The notes beneath the pieces are model-generated. The model was not told where the DNA came from. It ran no database searches and saw nothing but the letters and a program-made list of their open reading frames with translations. DNA of 64,000 nucleotides, from IMG/VR virus record IMGVR_UViG_3300018421_000009, one strand, 5' to 3'. Source of the DNA: an uncultured virus (IMG/VR IMGVR_UViG_3300018421_000009). Its lineage: Duplodnaviria > Heunggongvirae > Uroviricota > Caudoviricetes. This document shows positions 58,401-64,000 of this stretch, one piece after another; position 1 is the stretch's first letter; each line of letters begins with the position of its first letter. Position numbers and translations under genes: made by a program.

Positions 58401-59435
58401 GAACTTCTAAACAGAGCACAGTTACTACTTGAAGGTCTTGAGATTACAACAGACCAACCTACAACAGGGGACACGGGCGGTATTGTTATTGAAGGTATTT
58501 TGAATCCACAGAACTATCCACTTAACCCATCAGACGTTGGTTGGCAGGGGCTATCAGGACTTGCACAAGGTGGACAGCCAAGTTTTGCACAGGTAGCACC
58601 AGGTGGTTCTACTAACTGGAACTCAGGTGACATTCCGACTACTGCTGACGTTACTACCCAAGCACCAATTACTGCAAGTATCACAGGTGTTGATAGAGGA
58701 TATAGAAGCAATAACGATTACTGGGATAATGCTGTAAGAACAGGAAGAAACTTCTTCTGGATTCAAGAGTCATTTTATTCTGCTAACACAGATTTATTCC
58801 AAACTGGTATTGAAATTGATTCTCCAACATACTTCCCTGCAGGAACTACTATTACACAGATTGGTTCATGGACAACTTCTTCTGCTTCTTCTGGAACAAT
58901 TAGACCAATCTATCTAAGTTCAAATGGGTTACAAAACGTTACTAGTGGAAATGTTAACTTAACATTTAAGAGAACATTTAAAGATGCACCTACTAACAAC
59001 ATCTTCTTTAATAAGACTAGTTTTGAAAATGCTGGTGTAGCACAAGGTACAAACGTAAGTGACACTAGATTCCCAGCAGGAACACAGGTAACGTCATTAA
59101 CTTTAGAAAGTTATAACAGTACTGAATATTACAGTGTTGTGTTTAACCAAACTTCAGACAACAGTGCTATTACTGCAGGTACTACAACTATTGAATTTGA
59201 ATTTGTGCAACCACCGTTTGCTCAACCAGGTGAAACAATCTTCTCATTCATTGCACAACCTGGAGAGCGTTCAACACTAGACTTGTCGTTCATTAAAGAA
59301 TTGACCAACACTACACTAGGTGGTAGAGGTACATTCCCGAACGGGCCAGACGTACTAGCAATTAACGTGTATAAGACGTCAGGCGCGGGTATTACCAGTA
59401 ATATTGTACTACGTTGGTCGGAAGCACAGGCTTAA
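52449..59435 (+). CDS. Giant virion structural protein (2328 aa)
   Basis: KCERD helical repeats, duplicated YTP.TG.M.IT.G.H..LTFTC..DN domain, about 5 G..Y..GD.I.I.G..LGG....ND repeats, DADFEYGLQPTKW, YSWYGAG lectin-like region. Confidence 0.75.
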   Translation: MAKRKINDYIFHQGIPYSENLMPNAYWLIQNNVEFIVDEVREWINYKILNANSYTPTDVVYTPGTGVMVITIGTHNIIPGDAIRIATNGLTFTCARDNNASTHSYPRATGVPNSTGHDPSYDTPVEVLATTSTTITVNVGISSDSTVHTFVGALPNAITDNFDGYVNDSDDKCERDMRYNLIGGDEYNTVTDQPGGLLHDIRYGGNEQARYLASKYWDRAIPQIDGDRWPEKAAKAFARLLINDYILTNTAFPSRQSVTTQTINSEYIAESGAGDQVTKVLVDTIGKVIVEGTSFMPDLEHAKISRCLFPTKVTQDNLLLITNTTNNNVLFNFSDPSKGASTKYVYDSVEFTPTYEYFSKFLETTDTITQVLFDVDTRNNEYLPNSRSLIANNKEFLKDEVRAWIADNVANASAFTPTNVVYTPLTGVMVITLGAGHGLDTGDYIRIAPNSLTFTCAMDNHATEHNYPRASGSNAPGGRDYAYDSALPILAADATTVTVNVGVSTNKSEHIFVEADTNSVYDIWYNYTYNSAKCERDTGFNLDAIALDLQYGGNTNVRDTASKYWVGPTPQIDGSRVQEIKAKEFLRDLINNFILPKSVWPTKQTGTPETTQYFGNGVAELGTGARITELIGIITTVIENGLGFLPTEEQSTIWSENDTLSIFVDQGDLKTRPYDFGTDAIERHRVANALSMLDADFEYGLQPTKWQAIGTMRGYPSTYEVPGTDTAVQDVVTDASDGSSGVGQSLITVTTVGPHGVEPGQPITIRGLDGAVQGNGRAEGTFIVNTAPTNNTFTYYAKAKVGTVAGTSLVTFYTILRQAAFYTGADIQGDTPSYEVTTQGSAGSFSLALGSASGQDRLAIQGNPPELGAPLVSTSGGIPLGSQVTGSVGAGGIITTPTTTSDTPQGSFTIDVENASAVEIGSAVDRGDATAAFVTQVVGNTLTIDTATTRELIGNNVTYTGLTGANDSSIGNGATFDVTRTTGVYNVTIADTGQDYQIGDNIVISGGQVGGADGINDIRIIIETVDTGGEVLTFTFSGDGFDGNGTFFTQSGELQGGTGTGGNFDVTYTNNVYTATISSPDTSSGYTIGDVLRIDGFELGGTSVTNDLTMTVDAIGVGGSITSVVSSGTAVDADVSYPSPTRTSNTVAGVDADFNIQRIGTSYFVTITNGGSGYLAAETFTVLGSELGGTDGINNATVTITSVGVSGDITGASVAGTAANTKAYPVITTAQRVVGNGAEFTVDLANGTYTLTLESAGQNYGVDQELIIRGTNLGGASPTNDVTITVTAVQADGGITTYTFAGTGATGSGSYNAVIGQNDSNAGSNAVFDITRSGGNYTLVIATDEGSGYKVGDRIIIPGDELGGATPTNDLTLRCTLESTEGNFVGISASGTAVSGDTLDLYSSVTMSEETTSTIAQSTVITYSALASIRITFNTPHGLVPGDSFAVTVGSDDGSNNHALAAGPFSATAVPSLTTLEYQCRSPGFIDTGTNNDTPIIGNVYPRPDSFFIHRPYDGGVQLGTGGPQHGAQAIRQSKKYIRYQSGKGIMYTTGALFAPSYNILNITSDGTVPGSTITVTTDETEHGLQVGGIIKIIGVDTLGYNGTYTVTDVNDENEFEVLAHTTLGSTNPELSSECQVSLSKFHGATVRSGAFDDQNGIFFEYDGTQFSAVQRTATLQLAGVVDIEVDANTVTGSGTRFREQLKAGDRIVLKGMTHVVTNVVNNTTMYVAPDFRGVTDVRASKICLVRDKKTEQKNFNKDRGDGTGPSGYNIDISKMQMVGIQYSWYGAGFIDYMLRGSNGEFVFMHRMRNSNVNTEAFMRTGNMPVRYEITNEGPSGKLSQDMDDSQQFIPLQEASFFPPDGGVVYIDGEMIRFTGISGKNLTGCTRAATMTNFASGATRTYSGGGAEAHTRNTGVVLISNTASPNISHWGSAFITDGGFDSDRGYLFSYKSTGVQVTTTRTTSFLLRLAPSVSNALVGDLGERELLNRAQLLLEGLEITTDQPTTGDTGGIVIEGILNPQNYPLNPSDVGWQGLSGLAQGGQPSFAQVAPGGSTNWNSGDIPTTADVTTQAPITASITGVDRGYRSNNDYWDNAVRTGRNFFWIQESFYSANTDLFQTGIEIDSPTYFPAGTTITQIGSWTTSSASSGTIRPIYLSSNGLQNVTSGNVNLTFKRTFKDAPTNNIFFNKTSFENAGVAQGTNVSDTRFPAGTQVTSLTLESYNSTEYYSVVFNQTSDNSAITAGTTTIEFEFVQPPFAQPGETIFSFIAQPGERSTLDLSFIKELTNTTLGGRGTFPNGPDVLAINVYKTSGAGITSNIVLRWSEAQA

Positions 59436-59836
59436 TCTAAAGTCGGCGGGGGATTATTTTTCTTTATAACGTCTTTTTGACTGTCACCTGGTATAATGCG
59501 GTAGTTATCTTCAACACTATCAGGTGTACTTACTTCACTAATAGAACTATTAGGCTCTAATGCTATAAGTTGGTGTGGTTGTAATGGAGGATTATGCCAA
59601 GTGTCGCCAGGAGCAAGTTCTTTTGTATATAAAACAGCATCTTTTGTATCAATCCATTTAACTTCAAAGCGTCCACTGTTAACAAACCACGTTTCGTCCT
59701 TCTCTTTATGAAAATGCATGGAAAATTTTGAGCCTGCTTTTTCAAATACCATAATTTTACCACAGTACTTGTCGTTGGTTGCCCAGATTAACTCGTAACC
59801 CCAGCCTTTTTCTACTTTACCTTCAAGTCGACTCAT
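59432..59836 (-). CDS. Cupin (sugar-phosphate isomerase-like)
   Basis: KGWG.E, SMHFH..KDETW, H.L, EVST. Confidence 0.8.
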   Translation of the reverse strand: MSRLEGKVEKGWGYELIWATNDKYCGKIMVFEKAGSKFSMHFHKEKDETWFVNSGRFEVKWIDTKDAVLYTKELAPGDTWHNPPLQPHQLIALEPNSSISEVSTPDSVEDNYRIIPGDSQKDVIKKNNPPPTLD

Positions 59837-60540
59837 TTTTTACTCCATTTATCTCTAAATTTTTTATATGCACCTCGAAATTTACTTTGAAATATCATAT
59901 TACTGATAAAACTTGCTTCATATTTTTCTTTATCTTCGTCTTGTACCGAAAAATTCATGTCTGCAAGTTTAATTGGCACATACATTGCTAAAGGTGTACC
60001 TTTTTCTATCAAAAATTCACCTTCTTTTTTAATTAGTAGTTGTTGATTAACCTGATGGCTCCATTCGGTATGTGTTACACCAGGCATACACTCAAAAATT
60101 TCATTAAAATCATAAAACATTGGTAATTGCATCATTGCCCAACCTGGACTTGTGCGTACACGCCAAGGGCAATCTGTTTTTGCAACACATAAAAACTGAT
60201 TTTTTACATTTTCTGGTAAATGATTTCTAAATTGCTCACCATAATGTAAACTCATGGTAAAATCTTCATTACTTGAATGCCATGCAAAGTTATCTTTATC
60301 AACTTTTATGTGAAAATCACACCACATAGTAACTACATAGGCATTTTTAAAATAATCTACAAAGCCAGGACAATTTTTTAGTGTACCTTTGTCAGTGTAA
60401 TTGTCCTCTTGTAAAAATTGAGGCATATTTTTAAACCAGTTAGGTAAAAATTTAGTGGCTGGTTGTATTGGTTCTACTTTTGATAACCCCGGAACTACAC
60501 TCCACCACTCAACTTTACAATTATTTTTATTTTGACTCAT
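59833..60540 (-). CDS. Hypothetical protein
   Basis: 235 aa; P.WFK, T.K.CPG..D, PW...T.PG, I.KGTPL; overlaps both neighbours. Confidence 0.7.
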   Translation of the reverse strand: MSQNKNNCKVEWWSVVPGLSKVEPIQPATKFLPNWFKNMPQFLQEDNYTDKGTLKNCPGFVDYFKNAYVVTMWCDFHIKVDKDNFAWHSSNEDFTMSLHYGEQFRNHLPENVKNQFLCVAKTDCPWRVRTSPGWAMMQLPMFYDFNEIFECMPGVTHTEWSHQVNQQLLIKKEGEFLIEKGTPLAMYVPIKLADMNFSVQDEDKEKYEASFISNMIFQSKFRGAYKKFRDKWSKK

Positions 60541-61351
60541 GTATCCATTCTTCCGGTCTGATAAAGGAATGATCGATGTGTGATAGAGTATTTTTCATAT
60601 CAGCACAAGTGTATTCTTGATATTGACCACGTAAATTCTCAGGCATAGGAATTTGTACAATTTTTGCATTGTATTTTTTAGCCACTGCTTCAGCAATACT
60701 CTTAAAAGAACGTGCTACACCAGTGCCTACGTTAAAAATACCACTTTCATCAACCTCTAACATCTTTTCGTGAATTAAGCAAACGTCTTGTACGCTAATG
60801 AAGTCACGAAGATAGTTTTCACTGTTTTCAAAAAGTAAAATTTCGCCTGTTTCTTTGGCTTGTTTTGTAAATTTAGTTACTGGACTGGCTTGATTAGCCT
60901 TGTGACCTTCACCGTGACCGTAAACATTAAAATATCTAAATCCCTGGATGCTGATTTTAAAATCGTTTTTAAATTCGTTAATCCATCTATCGATCAAATA
61001 CTTGCTCCAAGCATACGGACTCTGAGGGAAACATTTTGAATCCTCACAAAATCCGTCATAACCAGGACCGTATACACTTGCTGAACTAGCATATTGTATG
61101 CTGGTACCCATCATATCACAGATTTCAATTAGTTTCATTGTAAATTCATAGTTTTGCTTTAATACTTTTTCTACATCATGTTCAGTAGTACTTGAAATAG
61201 CACCTAAATGGATAACACGATCGTATAATGAAGCATCCGGGTACTTGTTTTCTTGCCATTCCCAACCTTCTACATCGTGCCCTTTATACTTTAGGTATGA
61301 AGCAAGATTACTTCCAATAAAACCTTTGTTTCCTGTTACTAAAATTTTCAT
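60527..61351 (-). CDS. hldD: ADP-L-glycero-D-manno-heptose 6-epimerase
   Basis: VTG..GFIGS, HLGAISSTTE, YASSASVYG, YAWSK, RYFNVYG..E.HK, RDFI, YQEYT.AD. Confidence 0.88.
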   Translation of the reverse strand: MKILVTGNKGFIGSNLASYLKYKGHDVEGWEWQENKYPDASLYDRVIHLGAISSTTEHDVEKVLKQNYEFTMKLIEICDMMGTSIQYASSASVYGPGYDGFCEDSKCFPQSPYAWSKYLIDRWINEFKNDFKISIQGFRYFNVYGHGEGHKANQASPVTKFTKQAKETGEILLFENSENYLRDFISVQDVCLIHEKMLEVDESGIFNVGTGVARSFKSIAEAVAKKYNAKIVQIPMPENLRGQYQEYTCADMKNTLSHIDHSFIRPEEWIHESK

Positions 61352-62598
61352 TCTTTTATTTTCTCTATAATGCTTGTTGTCGAACTACCTTCAACTGTTG
61401 GAAAAATTTCAACAGGATACAGTTCATGACCGACAACTGTTTCAATTGTATAATCTCCGCCTTTAATAATCAAGTCCGGATTTACTCGTTTTAGTGTTTC
61501 GAGTGGCGTGTCTTCGTCAAATATAATAACTTCATCAACCCATGGTAACAACTCGAGGTTGATTTTACGTTGCAGTTGATTATTAATAGGACGGTTTTCA
61601 CCTTTTAGTCGTTTTGTACTGTTATCACTGTTAATACCAACAATTAATTTTTTACCTTTTGACTTGGCAAATTTTAATAGTTGAAAATGTCCTTCATGTA
61701 ATAGGTCAAATACTCCATTAGTCCAAACAACTTTAGGTTTCAAATCATCTTTTGTTATTACTGCAACACCTCTATGTTCAACAGTGCGTGCCGCGGCATA
61801 GCAAGCCATTTGACAACTATCAAAAATTGACATTCCTTGCTCTAACCCATAAGCAATAACAGCAAGAACAGTATCACCTGCACCGGTAACATCTGCAACT
61901 TCGTGTACAGGTTCTTGAAAATGTTTATATTTTAAATCATCAGCCAAAACATGAATACCTCGAGGACCATCTGTTACTACAAAGTACTTCCACCCGTATT
62001 CTTTCATTTTTAAAAGTGCAGTTTCTTTTTTAAATTCGCCAAACCAATCCTTATACTCTTTCATGTTAGGTTTAACAAGATATGCACCTTTATAAAACTC
62101 GGGTGTTTGTTTGGGATCAACTAAAACTTTCTCAGTTTTTCTTAAAATATTACTAATTGTGTCTTTTTGAATAGTTCCTTTATTGTAATCACTAACACAA
62201 ACAATATCACTGCTAGTTAATGAACTGTTAAGTTTTTCAAAAGCACCAAATCCGTTATATTTTTCTTCTCTGTCCCATCTTAAAATATGCTGTCCACCCT
62301 GACCAACTAGTCTTGTTTTTGTTGTAGTTGGATAATTTTCTACTGATGTGTTAACTTCTAAATTAGTATCTTTTAAAAGTTCTAAAATTTTGTATCCTTC
62401 TTTGTCAGCACCAATAAAACCATATAAGCCTACTTCTCCGTTTATAGAAGAAATGTTTAATGCTAGATTTCCAGCACCACCGATACTGTATTTTTGTTCT
62501 GTTTCTCGTAAAACTGGAATAGGGGCTTCAGGACTTACTCTATCTGCTACTCCGTGAATCCAGCGATCTAACATAATATCGCCAAAAACTTTAATCAT
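61348..62598 (-). CDS. hldE: Bifunctional heptose-7-phosphate kinase / heptose-1-phosphate nucleotidyltransferase
   Basis: GDIMLD...G...RVSPEAPIPV, GGAGN, SDYNKG, DVTGAGD (PfkB) fused to TNGVFDLLH.GH, GINSD, KGGDY, STT. Confidence 0.93.
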   Translation of the reverse strand: MIKVFGDIMLDRWIHGVADRVSPEAPIPVLRETEQKYSIGGAGNLALNISSINGEVGLYGFIGADKEGYKILELLKDTNLEVNTSVENYPTTTKTRLVGQGGQHILRWDREEKYNGFGAFEKLNSSLTSSDIVCVSDYNKGTIQKDTISNILRKTEKVLVDPKQTPEFYKGAYLVKPNMKEYKDWFGEFKKETALLKMKEYGWKYFVVTDGPRGIHVLADDLKYKHFQEPVHEVADVTGAGDTVLAVIAYGLEQGMSIFDSCQMACYAAARTVEHRGVAVITKDDLKPKVVWTNGVFDLLHEGHFQLLKFAKSKGKKLIVGINSDNSTKRLKGENRPINNQLQRKINLELLPWVDEVIIFDEDTPLETLKRVNPDLIIKGGDYTIETVVGHELYPVEIFPTVEGSSTTSIIEKIKE

Positions 62599-62599
62599 A

Positions 62600-63040
62600 T
62601 TAATTCTCTAACAAATCAATTAAATCAAAGACTGTTTTTAATTTGGTTTGGTTTGTTTTGTTTTGAAGGGTATTGCGTAATCCTTGATGCAATGGTTTAG
62701 GCCATTTATTAAATGATGCCCAAGCATAACCGTCGTGTTCTTTATTTAGACTAGGAAGAAACTCTTGTTTAACAACCACCAAATAGGTATGAAAGTTAAA
62801 CTGCTCATCTGTGCTTACAAAAGTTTCTAAAGGTATTGTTTTAAGGATTTTTGGAGTATCACCAACTTCTTCTTTGATTTCTCTTTTAAGAGCAACAATA
62901 GGAGTTTCGTCAGCCGTACCAGTACCGCCTACAAGGCCCCAAACATTATTTTGTTTGCTTTGAGTCCTGTGTAAGAATAAGAATCTTTTGGTATCTAGTG
63001 CATAAAATAATGCACCACTGCACGAAATCTTCTGGCTCAT
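62600..63040 (-). CDS. NUDIX hydrolase
   Basis: WGLVGG.....ET...ALKREIKEEVG Nudix box. Confidence 0.88.
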   Translation of the reverse strand: MSQKISCSGALFYALDTKRFLFLHRTQSKQNNVWGLVGGTGTADETPIVALKREIKEEVGDTPKILKTIPLETFVSTDEQFNFHTYLVVVKQEFLPSLNKEHDGYAWASFNKWPKPLHQGLRNTLQNKTNQTKLKTVFDLIDLLEN

Positions 63041-63052
63041 ACTAATAATTAG

Positions 63053-64000
63053 TTAGAATTCTATGCGCCAAGTTCCGTTTCGATATTCGCCTTCAAAAGA
63101 AAGTACCCATTCACTGCCAGTCCATTTATACTGAACTCCGGTGTTTAGATTAGTAGTGTATTTGATTGTGGTTTCTGTACTTGCATCAAACAAGATAACC
63201 CATTTTGCACCATCCCATTCAATAATGTCATTTTCACTTGCAATAAAGTCTGTATTGTCATTGTTTTTCCAAGCAGTAGGACCACTAGCATTACTAGGAT
63301 CACCAATACTATCTAACAATAATATTCTTATTCCTGCTTGTTTAACACTTGCTGGGTTCCATGTTTTAGGATCAATAATATAATCAATTTTATTTCTATC
63401 ACCTGTGCTACCTGTAATAACAGTGTCGCTTGGAATAGTATCTTGGTCCCAAGTAATTGCAAGTTTAGTAGGATCATTTGGATTAATAGCAACAGCGCCA
63501 TTAATACTACTTGATAAATCTGATCTAGTTAATTGTAGTTGACTTAACCCTGGTCTAAATTGTCCAGGCATCGAGTCAATAAATTGTGACCATAGTGTGG
63601 AACCTACAACACCTCTGTAAATTAACTGTGCCTCATTTCCTAATACTAATAGTTCGTAATCTTGGTAAGCACTAATAGCAATACTTGAAGCATCTTTCTT
63701 AGTAGATTCGGTTCTATTATCAGAAAGTGTATCTGCTTGTGTGACCTGCTCATCATAACTATCAGCGTAGCGTTTGTATTCAGGTGTTGCCTCGCCTAGA
63801 TCAATAGTACCGTCTTCTTCGTTAAAAATACTCATAATAACACTTGTAATGACACCTAACTTTTTAACCTTAGCAGGAGGAGAAATCCAAATGGGTGTTT
63901 TAAATGTTAGTGTGCCTACGTCAATTTCACTTTCTGTACCCATCGGAATACTTCTGCCACTCCAATTAACACTTTCTAAATCTACAACACTTAAACTAGT
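63053..64000 (-). CDS. Tail sheath stabiliser/terminator (T4 gp15-like) with C-terminal extension, 5' truncated
   Basis: Frame is open to the window end (TSLSVVDLESVNWSGRSIPMGTESEID.TLTFKTPIWISPP); assignment rests on motif resemblance only. Confidence 0.55.
   Translation of the reverse strand, partial: TSLSVVDLESVNWSGRSIPMGTESEIDVGTLTFKTPIWISPPAKVKKLGVITSVIMSIFNEEDGTIDLGEATPEYKRYADSYDEQVTQADTLSDNRTESTKKDASSIAISAYQDYELLVLGNEAQLIYRGVVGSTLWSQFIDSMPGQFRPGLSQLQLTRSDLSSSINGAVAINPNDPTKLAITWDQDTIPSDTVITGSTGDRNKIDYIIDPKTWNPASVKQAGIRILLLDSIGDPSNASGPTAWKNNDNTDFIASENDIIEWDGAKWVILFDASTETTIKYTTNLNTGVQYKWTGSEWVLSFEGEYRNGTWRIEF

Noticed and set aside
1..64000. Alternative genetic code or inteins
   Set aside because: Core genes translate full length in the standard code, and no intein-like insertions are visible in portal, protease, capsid or gp46.

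Overview
This AT-rich, densely coding window comes from a large T4-like (myovirus-type) bacteriophage, probably an uncultured aquatic jumbo phage, and uses the standard genetic code. From left to right it holds: the 3' part of gp46 (SbcC/Rad50-like); a short GIY-YIG gene followed by a ~500-bp highly structured non-coding region; two probable internal head proteins; a gp26/gp51-like chaperone pair linked by a T-TTT-TTC -1 slippery site; the tape measure gene; the head module (portal gp20, acidic core protein, protease gp21, scaffold gp22, major capsid gp23); AdoMet decarboxylase; and a free-standing ncRNA with its own sigma70 promoter and terminator. About 35 kb of paralogous tail-fibre/baseplate genes follow (LamG, beta-helix, cupredoxin-like and Cys-rich Gly-rich domains). 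A nitrilase / GT9 / two SGNH / carbamoyltransferase cassette is embedded among them. The window ends with a convergent operon (gp15-like, NUDIX, hldE, hldD, unknown, cupin). Window-wide signals are a TAAATA late promoter that often sits exactly 5 nt before an ATG, and apparent avoidance of AGCT and GCWGC. The best candidates for undescribed systems are the GIY-YIG plus structured RNA unit, the orphan ncRNA, and the Cys-rich fibre tips with heptose/carbamoyl tailoring enzymes. All calls come from motif recognition by eye; no searches or folding programs were run.
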